A stretch of 64,000 nt of DNA from a virus. The stretch lies in IMG/VR virus record IMGVR_UViG_3300046512_000087, positions 1 through 64,000 of that record; one strand, given 5' to 3'. Below are positions 9,047 to 17,900 of this stretch, piece by piece. Under the pieces are notes generated by a model. The model ran no database searches and had not been told where the DNA came from. It saw nothing but the letters and a program-made list of their open reading frames with translations. The stretch's first letter is position 1. Each line of letters opens with the position of its first letter. The position numbers and the translations under genes are program-made.

Positions 9047-10126
9047 TTACAGTTTGCCCGGCGAGTTCTCGTCCAGGTTTTGCCAATACAGCTCGGGGGT
9101 TTCCGGCAGCTGGTCAAGGCGGATGAAAAGATCAGACATCATCTCCTGATCTGTCTTGCAATCAATTGCACAACCCGACTGCTCCAGAAGCCGCCAGATG
9201 AACGCAATGACCTGATCCTTGACACCGGCCTCAAGATGGCTCCGAACCTCCCAGGCGCTCACACGGACGCTACAGAGGGGCATCACGAACTTGGTCAGCA
9301 TGTACACGTCAGTCTTCTCGCCCTCGACCAGATACGGGCGAGTTTGGCCGGGATTTTCGAACTGACTACCGACGCCATCAGGCACTTCCAGGAAGCGGAT
9401 AAACAGACAGAGCTTTCCAGCTTCCGGGGCCAGGGTTACCGACACGGCAATCCGGCTGCCGTTTTTGTGGGCGATGACCGTGTAGACGTTTTCAGAGCCA
9501 CTGCTCTTTACCGTCTGCTTGACCGATAGGGAGGGCATGAACTGGTTCAGGTCGAAGGAGTGTTCTTCCTTCTGCTGCTCACCATTTGCAATAGGACCAC
9601 TGGCATATCCACCCTCCACCTTCTGCTCCATCAGCATGCTGGGGATGGGCTCGGGGTAACCAGGAACGAGGGTCACCAGCTTGTCGAGTGAGGAATTCAT
9701 ACTGGTCAGAGACTGGGATATAGCGAACTGGACCAGATCCAGCCCCTTTTTATCCTTTTTAGCGAGAGGCAGTCCATCACCCTGTAACCAATCGTCGTAA
9801 GCGTATTCAACTTGGTCTTTGCCCAAACAATTCTTTTCCAACAGTTTGAACATGGACTCCTTTCCAACACCTGCATCCAGAGCGGCCTTGAACTGTGACT
9901 TCAGGATATGCAACACCCCTGGAGTCACTGGGGCCTTCAGGTTCTTGAAGAAGTCCGGGTTTTCTGCCTTGAAGTTTTCAAAGTAGGCCTTCGCAGACTC
10001 TGCGGTAATACCGGCCTGACCCGCGATCTTTTTCATCAGCTCAAGAGGACCCATGCCGTATTGCAGGCCCAGCTTTATCTCTTTCTCGATCTGCTGTTTC
10101 GGGGAATTTTCAGGTAAATCAGACAT
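9047..10126 (-). CDS. hypothetical early protein
   Basis: Long ORF downstream of a consensus promoter and CAATGGAGTG leader. Confidence 0.75.
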   Translation of the reverse strand: MSDLPENSPKQQIEKEIKLGLQYGMGPLELMKKIAGQAGITAESAKAYFENFKAENPDFFKNLKAPVTPGVLHILKSQFKAALDAGVGKESMFKLLEKNCLGKDQVEYAYDDWLQGDGLPLAKKDKKGLDLVQFAISQSLTSMNSSLDKLVTLVPGYPEPIPSMLMEQKVEGGYASGPIANGEQQKEEHSFDLNQFMPSLSVKQTVKSSGSENVYTVIAHKNGSRIAVSVTLAPEAGKLCLFIRFLEVPDGVGSQFENPGQTRPYLVEGEKTDVYMLTKFVMPLCSVRVSAWEVRSHLEAGVKDQVIAFIWRLLEQSGCAIDCKTDQEMMSDLFIRLDQLPETPELYWQNLDENSPGKL

Positions 10127-10155
10127 TGCGACCACTCCATTGTTTTGTTACCCGT

Positions 10156-10183
10156 ATCTTACCAAATACGGGTAGTTTGTCAA
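10156..10183 (-). promoter_or_regulatory. sigma70-type promoter
   Basis: TTGACA-N16-TAAGAT. Confidence 0.75.
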
Positions 10184-10187
10184 ATGA

Positions 10188-11366
10188 TTAAAGCCAGTTG
10201 TGCTGCTTAATCAGCGTGTAAACCAGCTCTGAAACCTCGGCATGGCTGTAGTCATCACCGGCAGTTTTCAAGGCTGTAGTGATAGCCATCAGGTGCGATC
10301 CAGCTGGAGCCTTTCCCATCAGCGTCTGGTACACGCGCATAGCGAAGGTGCGGCCATCCGTGAAGCCCATGCGCGGGATCTTCAGCACCAGATCAATGCG
10401 GCCTTCCCGATACAGCTCAGACGGGATGACAGCCACGGCGTTAGTAGTCATGACAGTAATGATCCGGCCCTGGTGCTCTGCCAGCCACCACAACAGCTGG
10501 CTCATGATGCGCTGGGTTACCCCGCCGTCATCCTTGTCATTGAAGACCTTCTCGATCTCGTCCAGCAGCAACACGCAGGGAGATTCCCGCTCCAGCAAGG
10601 CCAGGGCTCTCGACACCCGAGCCTCGGACTCACCAATGTATCTGTTCAGCGTAGACGCGATGTCCAGACGGAACAACGGGCAGCCAAAGAACTTGGCAAT
10701 AGCCTTGGCCGACATGGATTTGCCCACGCCAGGAGGGCCATCCAGCAGTACGCCACGGGGAACCAGCTTGGGCGGCGTGTTGGGGTTCACGAAGTATTTC
10801 TTGTTCAGCTCCAACCACTTCGTCAGCTTTTCTGGGAAGTCGTAGAAGTCGTAGTCAGTTTCAATCGGGATCAAGCCCTGAACCTGTTCCCCCAGCTGGG
10901 CGCGGGTACGGCGCAGCGCCACCGAGGACATCTCGCCCTTGGCCTGGGTCAGCCGCAGCACCTCGTCGGACTTCTTCAGGCTCAAACCCTTCAGGACTGG
11001 GTACAGGGTCAGCGCTTGCCCGGCTTCCACGAAGTCTTCCAGCAACTGGTAGACCATTTCCTTCGGCGTGGAAAGCACCCCGCAGTCCATGATCAGGTCA
11101 GAGCCAGCGTGCGGAGGATTGAACACCACCAGCGTGTGTTCCTCCTTTCGAAACAGCAGGTAGAGAGCTTCGGTCACCAGATCCGCGTCGTCTGTCCAGT
11201 AGACACCGGGCCCCAGAGATTTCACATTGGCTGCCAGCTTCAGCATCTTGTGTGTGGACTCGAACACCGTGTCTGCAATTGATTGCAAAACCCGGATGCG
11301 GTTAACCGGGTCATCGGTATGCACGCCAACCACGGGAATCTGGGCTTTTAATGCCAGTTCTAACAT
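10188..11366 (-). CDS. AAA+ ATPase (Ycf46/SpoVK-like)
   Basis: PRGVLLDGPPGVGKS, LLLDEIEK, TTN and REGRID motifs. Confidence 0.88.
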   Translation of the reverse strand: MLELALKAQIPVVGVHTDDPVNRIRVLQSIADTVFESTHKMLKLAANVKSLGPGVYWTDDADLVTEALYLLFRKEEHTLVVFNPPHAGSDLIMDCGVLSTPKEMVYQLLEDFVEAGQALTLYPVLKGLSLKKSDEVLRLTQAKGEMSSVALRRTRAQLGEQVQGLIPIETDYDFYDFPEKLTKWLELNKKYFVNPNTPPKLVPRGVLLDGPPGVGKSMSAKAIAKFFGCPLFRLDIASTLNRYIGESEARVSRALALLERESPCVLLLDEIEKVFNDKDDGGVTQRIMSQLLWWLAEHQGRIITVMTTNAVAVIPSELYREGRIDLVLKIPRMGFTDGRTFAMRVYQTLMGKAPAGSHLMAITTALKTAGDDYSHAEVSELVYTLIKQHNWL

Positions 11367-11376
11367 TTCATGCCTC

Positions 11377-11763
11377 TTACAGAGAAGCCAGCATCTGGCC
11401 GTAGGGGGTCACCTGACCGTCTTCTGCAATCAATTGCAAAACAACCGGGCCATTGAAGTCATCGGCGGTCGTGGCGTAAGGGTTGAACAAAGTCTTCGGT
11501 ACTGGCTCCAGGTCTTCCAAGTAGCGGAACTCCACGGGGAGCTTTATGCCGCCGAAGTTGGAGTGGAAGCACACCACGCCATTGGGCTCTTTTAAAACCA
11601 CCCGGACTTTCGTGGATTGCAACCGCTCAGGGAACGCTGTGAACTTTGGAATGGGGCGATTCAGAGCCCGTAATGCCTGGGCTTGTGCAGCGAATACTGC
11701 GTGTGCGGGGGTTACAGCCTCAACGACTTCATAACTACCATTCGAGACGAGCAATACTTTCAT
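11377..11763 (-). CDS. hypothetical protein
   Basis: Likely start is the ATG at 11763, after a CAATGGAGTG leader and promoter. Confidence 0.65.
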   Translation of the reverse strand: MKVLLVSNGSYEVVEAVTPAHAVFAAQAQALRALNRPIPKFTAFPERLQSTKVRVVLKEPNGVVCFHSNFGGIKLPVEFRYLEDLEPVPKTLFNPYATTADDFNGPVVLQLIAEDGQVTPYGQMLASL

Positions 11764-11797
11764 CCGTGACACTCCATTGGATTTTGCTGGTAGCCGT

Positions 11798-11825
11798 ATG
11801 ATAGCAAATTGACCTGGTTTGTCCA
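11798..11825 (-). promoter_or_regulatory. sigma70-type promoter
   Basis: TGGACA-N16-TATCAT. Confidence 0.65.
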
Positions 11826-11841
11826 ATAGTTTCCTTCAGGC

Positions 11842-11881
11842 GAAAAAAATCCCGGGCCTCAAGACGGAGATACCGGGATTC
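11842..11881 (-). terminator. terminator of the late/lysis operon
   Basis: AATCCCGG...CCGGGATT hairpin with a T7 tail on the minus strand. Confidence 0.65.
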
Positions 11882-11900
11882 AAAGGGTGTAGCAGGGGAA

Positions 11901-12494
11901 CTATGGTTGGGGAACCACAAGCTGCATTCTTGCAAAGATCCCCTGGTATTTCAAGTACCATTGTTGCCACGCCGCAATCACTTCACCCCTGGCGTTACAT
12001 TCGAGGTTGTTTTCGCTGGTAACGATAGAGATTCCAGAGAGCGTAATGCCGGACGGGGCGTCAACATCTCCGGGCTTACTGGCGGCCATTCCGGTGGCGG
12101 TGGGCAGGCCAATGGACGAGTTGAACACCCACTGAAAGCCAGCAGGGACAGGACAAGCAGCGTCAGCTTTCTGAGTAACATACTTCGTGACCTCTTTGAT
12201 GACTTCTTTCACTGGAAGCTGCCGATTCTGGGCCTCCAGCAGTTGCTTACTCAGGCCATCCTGAATGTCCTTGCTCTCGGCGGCTTGGCGCTTCAGCTCA
12301 CGGTCCCAAGCATCCTTCTGGAGTTCCTTGTCCTTCTTGGTGGTATCAACAAGGGAATCGTACTGCCCTTTCCACTTGGCTGTCCCCTCCATCTCGCCCC
12401 ACTTGAAGACCAGGAACAGCACCAACACTACAACCACAGCTCCGACCACGATCTGGCCAAAGGTAGACTTCAGGAACAGGATGATGCCGTCCAT
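11901..12494 (-). CDS. i-spanin (Rz-like)
   Basis: N-terminal TM helix and coiled coil; downstream of the endolysin. Confidence 0.8.
   Translation of the reverse strand: MDGIILFLKSTFGQIVVGAVVVVLVLFLVFKWGEMEGTAKWKGQYDSLVDTTKKDKELQKDAWDRELKRQAAESKDIQDGLSKQLLEAQNRQLPVKEVIKEVTKYVTQKADAACPVPAGFQWVFNSSIGLPTATGMAASKPGDVDAPSGITLSGISIVTSENNLECNARGEVIAAWQQWYLKYQGIFARMQLVVPQP
11978..12181 (-). CDS. o-spanin (Rz1-like lipoprotein) embedded in the i-spanin
   Basis: Signal peptide with lipobox LAFSG-C; Pro-rich mature part; nested in another frame of Rz. Confidence 0.85.
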   Translation of the reverse strand: MLLRKLTLLVLSLLAFSGCSTRPLACPPPPEWPPVSPEMLTPRPALRSLESLSLPAKTTSNVTPGVK

Positions 12495-12504
12495 TCAGGA
12501 CTCC

Positions 12505-13086
12505 TTAGAAACGGAATTTCAGCTCGCCAGTTGAGAACAGATAGCTTTCGGTGGTACGGCGGCGGGTGAGCCCAGCCAGGGGAACCAGAACCCCCTTGAC
12601 CCGGCCCTTGTTCCAGTCGAGGAACGCCGTAGCTGCCCGGCGCAGGTCACCCTGCTTCCAGTACATGATGATGTCAGAGTCGGCCACATCGCCACGCTTG
12701 CCATCACGGATACCAGCTCCGGTGTTGAAGATCAAGCACACCAGTGCATCGAACTGGTCCTGGGTCGGGGTGATGCCGACTTTGTTCAGCAACGCATTGG
12801 CATCACGCACCTTGGATTCAGCGTCTTTCGTCAGCAGCTCGTCAGCCTGGATACGGCTCATGGGAATTGGGAAGGTTTCGCCAGCCAGGACCTTGTGGCC
12901 CCAGCCGATAGTCCCGTTGCCGGTGTCATCCTGGTACACAGAAGGAGCAAAGCCCCCATTGGGGCCCTGTTCGTATTCCTGGAGTACCGCAAGGCCCTTT
13001 GGACCCAACTTCATATTACTGGGCATTTCCCTGATCTCCGACATTTGGGTTGGGTGGGCCCACTGCATCCGTGGCCCGTTTTTCAA
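12505..13086 (-). CDS. endolysin, GH24 lysozyme
   Basis: E...YQDDTGNGTIGWGH, QDQFDALVCLIFNTG and LAGLTRRR motifs. Confidence 0.92.
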   Translation of the reverse strand: MKNGPRMQWAHPTQMSEIREMPSNMKLGPKGLAVLQEYEQGPNGGFAPSVYQDDTGNGTIGWGHKVLAGETFPIPMSRIQADELLTKDAESKVRDANALLNKVGITPTQDQFDALVCLIFNTGAGIRDGKRGDVADSDIIMYWKQGDLRRAATAFLDWNKGRVKGVLVPLAGLTRRRTTESYLFSTGELKFRF

Positions 13087-13495
13087 AGCGCAGGTAGATA
13101 GCGGTCATGAAGCGGCTGCCACCAAAACCTGCAAGAGAGCACGCTACTGCTTCCAGCGCCGGGCGCACAGCCCAGGTCTCACACACCAGGAACACGATGA
13201 TCGAGGCCAGGGTGGCGTTAACCATGTCGGAGGCGATTACAACTCCAGTTTTACCTGTGGGGAATCCCTCTTTGGCAAATCGTTGAAGGACTGAGGCCAG
13301 CCCTCCCCAGAATGCCATGAGCAGCACGTAGCCAAACTTGGCCAGAGGGATCTCAAAGGCCGTCAACATGTCATCCGCCGCCCATACCGACATTGAGTAC
13401 AGTAGGGTTGCGCCGATCATGGTCAGCTTAATAGAAAGCTGTGAACGGTCGTCTTTTTTCATTCCCACAATGCACTCTCCTTTGGGTCTTGGCAT
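13016..13495 (-). CDS. holin
   Basis: Several TM segments, directly upstream of the endolysin; exact start uncertain. Confidence 0.7.
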   Translation of the reverse strand: MPRPKGECIVGMKKDDRSQLSIKLTMIGATLLYSMSVWAADDMLTAFEIPLAKFGYVLLMAFWGGLASVLQRFAKEGFPTGKTGVVIASDMVNATLASIIVFLVCETWAVRPALEAVACSLAGFGGSRFMTAIYLRFEKRATDAVGPPNPNVGDQGNAQ

Positions 13496-13955
13496 CCAGG
13501 TAATACAGCCATGATACGAACCCGACGTACACCGGCCCCAGAAAGTCTACTGAAGTGATAACCCCATCGAACAGACCGGTGTACCAGAGTGCCAACCACA
13601 CACAGCCAGCAAAAGCGTATCCGGGTGTGCGAGCCTTCACCAACATCACTGTCAAAAAGTGAGGCTGGTACTGGGGTCCTTTTACATGAATCCTTTTGAA
13701 GCTCCACACCTCCAGCAGGCAAGGCAGAAGTACGCCAAGGCTGGACAACAGCAGGGCAAGATCCCAGGCCTTCTCGTATCGAGCCAGGGACCAGCTACCA
13801 AACTGGATGGGGTCATAGCTGGTATATGAGGCAAAGACACCAAAACAGAACATTTGGATGCCCAATAAGAGTCTTACTGCTGACTTAGGTGCTTTGTTGG
13901 GCATGCGACGATCCGTTTTGCAATTGATTGCAGCACTGTCCATTTTACGAGTCAT
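13428..13955 (-). CDS. multi-pass membrane protein (lysis-associated)
   Basis: About 4 hydrophobic segments; overlaps the holin. Confidence 0.6.
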   Translation of the reverse strand: MTRKMDSAAINCKTDRRMPNKAPKSAVRLLLGIQMFCFGVFASYTSYDPIQFGSWSLARYEKAWDLALLLSSLGVLLPCLLEVWSFKRIHVKGPQYQPHFLTVMLVKARTPGYAFAGCVWLALWYTGLFDGVITSVDFLGPVYVGFVSWLYYLDAKTQRRVHCGNEKRRPFTAFY

Positions 13956-13970
13956 GATGCCTCCGAGCCA

Positions 13971-14198
13971 CTACACAATTATATTTTCGAGAGTCAGCGT
14001 TGGAGCCTTGCCGTCGATCTTTCCATCAACAACAAATACTCGCTGGTTCTCGCTATATACCTCGGTGGCAGTCGCTCTAATAGTACCGCCACCTAGGAGT
14101 TGGACCACGTAGTTACCGTTACTGACCGTCAGGACGTCGCCAATTACTTTCGGAGAATCCGGCAGCAGATCAAGGAATTTGTTCCAGATATTCTCCAT
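13971..14198 (-). CDS. small tail-associated protein
   Basis: Coupled to the tail gene upstream; beta-rich. Confidence 0.55.
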   Translation of the reverse strand: MENIWNKFLDLLPDSPKVIGDVLTVSNGNYVVQLLGGGTIRATATEVYSENQRVFVVDGKIDGKAPTLTLENIIV

Positions 14199-16171
14199 TA
14201 GTAATGCCTCTCAAGTTCAATGGTCTGAGTGACCTCCAAAGTATCCGACCAGCGGGAGCCAATAGACACCCCGCGCACCAAGCCCTTCCAGTTTGGAGTG
14301 GAACTGGTGGTCTCATCCACGGTGACCAATTGCCCTGGCAGGAACAACCCCGTGTAGTCAGCCAGGGGTAGCTCGATACTCACTGTAGCCTGCTTACCGG
14401 CAGTGGACAGCTCGCTTCTCACGCGCTCCCTGGCGGCGGCTACGTCGCTGATCATGGCGTCAACCACCATTGGCATCTGGAGGTCTCCAGCAGTGCCATC
14501 ACGCTTACCGAAGGCGGTAACCCCGGTCTTGTCACCGGACACGTACACGCCGTTGTAGTCGGGCTTCTCACCCCAGGTCAGCGACTGGGAAACGATGATG
14601 TCTCGCGGCAGGATGATGTCCGAGTCAGTGGTGTCCCACTCCCATGGCGTTGCTGGGTAGGCGGAACGCACTTGGATGATCTTGTCCCAGGGGTGGGAGT
14701 TCACATAGCCGCCTACACCGTTGGCAATCGACTTGATCACCTGGATAGGCGTCTGGTCCTGGTACTGCCATGTGTTATCCGGCAGCTGCCAGCCGAGGGC
14801 GTCTATCAGGGTCCAGTCCAGAGAGTAACCGGTGATCAAACCAGCGCGGATCAGCTCTTCCTCAGCCATCTGACGGCTGGTGATAGCGTTCACCTGAACC
14901 AGGGAGCGGGTCGGTGCGTACGGGCTGTCGAGATAAGCCGTCAGGCTCCGGCCTGAGATGCTGATATCACGGGTGCCGAAGGTCTGCTTGTCTCCGTAGT
15001 CTTCGACCAGGAACCGGAACGTGAAGCCGTTGATCACGATCTGGATGGCTACTGGCCCGTCAGAGCCCGGCTCAACCTTATCGAAATCCTTGGCCGCAAT
15101 AGTGCCGGAGAAGCCCCAGCACCAGGACTGGCGATCAATCGAGATATCACTGGTCATCAGCTCAATCGGGGTCCCGTCGTCAACTCGGGTACAGACGATG
15201 TTGTTCAACACGAAGTACACCCTTCTTGTTGGGATAATGAAGCCTGGGTGCCCTGGCAATACCGGGCAATAGAGGCTGCCGAAGTTCAGCGGTACGTTAA
15301 GCCCATTGTAGGCCAGGAGCTTACAGACGAAGTTGAGATCCGTGTCACCCTCAAACGGAGGATGCGGCGGCTCAATCGGGGGGATGTACTCCATGCCTGG
15401 AGGTGGACGTCTACCCTCTTCCCACGGCAGTTTCAGGCCACGGCCAAGGGGCACACCAACCTGGGAGGACATGGCAGAGCGGAAGCCAATGGCCTGGGCC
15501 ACCTGCCATGGTAAGCCACGCTCTCGATTGATCTTCACACCGATCTGGAAGAACGAGGTGGCGTAGTCCCCAAGCCCTACGGCCTCTTCCCACAGTGCGT
15601 CAATAATGTACTTGCGCGGGTCCAGCGAGTGGATAGAGAAGCCACCAAACGTGGTCAACTTATCCGTGACTTCCCACGGCAGTACGGTGAACTCAGGCTG
15701 CGGCACCAGCAGGGCATGTGGAGCGGTAGTAGCGGTGCCCATACCCACAGTCTCTTCCCATGGCTCTTGCTTGGGAGCCTGCTGAGGTACTGTGGTTTCA
15801 TGAACCTGCTCGGTCTCTTTCTTGAGCTTGACAGCCTGCTCCCACGGGTCCCTGGAGAGAGGGCCAATAGGGCGGTAGACACGGTTGTCGTAGGTGATGA
15901 CTTTCTGCTGCACACGAGGCAGGGTCGGGGCCTGGATCTGCCCGGAGAAAGCTCTTGCTGGTGGGCGCTCTACTGAGAAAGAGCCCTGGATACCCGGAAA
16001 GATCGCTTTGATCCGTCCGGTGATGTCTTCCACAGGTACATCGAAGCTGAAGTTCAACTTGATATCGTTGGGGTCCTGACTCCCAAGGGTAGTCTTGAAG
16101 TTCAGGTCTACGTTTTGCCCCTGGTCCTCCGGCTGGACATCAGTGGGGTCCAGCTCGGAATTGTCAGCCAC
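14198..16171 (-). CDS. tail tip / baseplate hub protein
   Basis: Position in the tail operon; recurring PWE motifs and a hub-like C-terminal half. Confidence 0.65.
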   Translation of the reverse strand: MADNSELDPTDVQPEDQGQNVDLNFKTTLGSQDPNDIKLNFSFDVPVEDITGRIKAIFPGIQGSFSVERPPARAFSGQIQAPTLPRVQQKVITYDNRVYRPIGPLSRDPWEQAVKLKKETEQVHETTVPQQAPKQEPWEETVGMGTATTAPHALLVPQPEFTVLPWEVTDKLTTFGGFSIHSLDPRKYIIDALWEEAVGLGDYATSFFQIGVKINRERGLPWQVAQAIGFRSAMSSQVGVPLGRGLKLPWEEGRRPPPGMEYIPPIEPPHPPFEGDTDLNFVCKLLAYNGLNVPLNFGSLYCPVLPGHPGFIIPTRRVYFVLNNIVCTRVDDGTPIELMTSDISIDRQSWCWGFSGTIAAKDFDKVEPGSDGPVAIQIVINGFTFRFLVEDYGDKQTFGTRDISISGRSLTAYLDSPYAPTRSLVQVNAITSRQMAEEELIRAGLITGYSLDWTLIDALGWQLPDNTWQYQDQTPIQVIKSIANGVGGYVNSHPWDKIIQVRSAYPATPWEWDTTDSDIILPRDIIVSQSLTWGEKPDYNGVYVSGDKTGVTAFGKRDGTAGDLQMPMVVDAMISDVAAARERVRSELSTAGKQATVSIELPLADYTGLFLPGQLVTVDETTSSTPNWKGLVRGVSIGSRWSDTLEVTQTIELERHY

Positions 16172-16578
16172 TAGATCACCAGGGAAATTGAGTTGGTCGT
16201 CACCTCGCCACCTTCATACCAGCGGCCAACGTCAATGATAAGGTCTGCTGTACTACCCGGCAAACTTATCCCAATGTCCAGATCAGCATGGGCCAGTCCA
16301 TTGGCATCTTCCAGCCGGGCCCAGGTCGGGTCACCCGTGTGGGTAATCGTGGTCGGAGACACAAACCGCAGGGGCAAAGCTCCGGTTACGGGGGTGCCCG
16401 CCGAGGGCTTGAGGAAAACCAGGACCACGATAGCCGTCTCAGTGGTGGGGTCCCCGGTATGCATGGGCCGGGTTCCACCGTAGATCCTCATCCGGCCAGG
16501 GCCTGCCCCACTGTCCACAGCGCTTGCAATCAATTGCAAAACCGAGGCCTTGATTGCATCTGAGTATCCTACCGTCAT
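16171..16578 (-). CDS. virion structural protein
   Basis: RIYGGTRP...TWARLED pattern seen in tail-module proteins. Confidence 0.6.
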   Translation of the reverse strand: MTVGYSDAIKASVLQLIASAVDSGAGPGRMRIYGGTRPMHTGDPTTETAIVVLVFLKPSAGTPVTGALPLRFVSPTTITHTGDPTWARLEDANGLAHADLDIGISLPGSTADLIIDVGRWYEGGEVTTNSISLVI

Positions 16579-17900
16579 GGCACCACCGCCTTAATCTCAT
16601 CCGCTACAACCGCGTTGTACAGCAGGGCACTGTCATCGGACAGGACGAACAACGTCATGTTCTCGTCAACGTTCTCAAACCTGTAGCTGCCGTCAATGCC
16701 ACTGAGTTGCTGGCGCAGTAGAGTGCCAGTGGTCTTGTCGAACAACCGTACTCGGCGCACAGCCGCTACCTCCAGGATCGTCACATGGCCCGCTACTACA
16801 CCCTTGCCGTAGCCAAACACCCGGGGTCCGGCACCACCGTTGGAGATCACTGGGATCAGCGGGCTGAGCATTGGCCTCACGGGCTGGACGTTGAACGCAA
16901 AAGTCCCTGGCAGGAAAGTAGGTGAACGGAACAGAGTCGAGTCCAGTGGCTTGGGGGACCCGTAATTGGAAACAGGCCCTAGTCCCATCTGGCTTACAGG
17001 AGGCCGGGCCCTTGGATCTACATCAAAGTCATTCGACAGAACGAGGTCATTGATGATCCAGTTCTGCACGGTATCAATTGGCACTTTACCCATCTGTAAA
17101 TACTGGAAGAAGCCATTCGCCACGTTACCACGGCAGGTACTTACCTCCAGGTTTTGTCCAGTAGAAGAATCAATGGAGACAGTCACGGCAAAGGGGTTAG
17201 CCCCTGCAACGTTCTTTGCCGCCTCGTAAGCCAGGACTGTAAGGGTGGACTGCACGGCAGGAGTGAAGGCGTCCAGGGCTGCCCCACGGGAACTCCACCA
17301 GTGTGTTTTCAGCTGGTAGGTCACACCGTCCAGAACGAAGTCCTTGGTGACAAAGCCCCCGTACTTGCCGGTGTCAGCTAGCCCAGTGTACGGCACAACC
17401 ATACGATTACTGATGCTACGGACATCTGCCGACATCTGAGCTTCCAGTACATACAGACTGGGCTGAGGAACACCAGTCCATACCGCCACGCGCTCAAACG
17501 AGTTGCCATAGGCAGGCAGGGTTGCGTCCCCAAGCTCCACGTCCAGCATGGTTCTTGATAGCGCTCCACCGATGGTGTAATTCCCTACATCCCACCAACT
17601 AGCCTGCTGTTCTGGGAGCCCTCTGTCGGGGAAGGTCAACACTGTATTTTTTCTAGCCAACAAGGCGTTTGGGTTTGTATCCCCGGACACAGAGTTGGCA
17701 GGGCTAAGTTTTGGTCCTGTAAAGATCCTCAGCACTTGCTCTGTGGCAGTGCTGGGGGCAAAGGCATTACCGTAATTCGGTTTATCAAGGCCGATATTAG
17801 TGTACCCAGTAGAGTTAAACGGGATATTCGAAGGGCTTACACCACTATCCAAAGCTGCGGGGGTATACCCCACCCCGAACCGGGGCAGGATCATTTTCAT
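16575..17900 (-). CDS. tail fibre / receptor-binding-related protein
   Basis: C-terminal RRVRLFDKTTG..DGSYRF..YNAVVAD module; tail operon. Confidence 0.55.
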   Translation of the reverse strand: MKMILPRFGVGYTPAALDSGVSPSNIPFNSTGYTNIGLDKPNYGNAFAPSTATEQVLRIFTGPKLSPANSVSGDTNPNALLARKNTVLTFPDRGLPEQQASWWDVGNYTIGGALSRTMLDVELGDATLPAYGNSFERVAVWTGVPQPSLYVLEAQMSADVRSISNRMVVPYTGLADTGKYGGFVTKDFVLDGVTYQLKTHWWSSRGAALDAFTPAVQSTLTVLAYEAAKNVAGANPFAVTVSIDSSTGQNLEVSTCRGNVANGFFQYLQMGKVPIDTVQNWIINDLVLSNDFDVDPRARPPVSQMGLGPVSNYGSPKPLDSTLFRSPTFLPGTFAFNVQPVRPMLSPLIPVISNGGAGPRVFGYGKGVVAGHVTILEVAAVRRVRLFDKTTGTLLRQQLSGIDGSYRFENVDENMTLFVLSDDSALLYNAVVADEIKAVVP

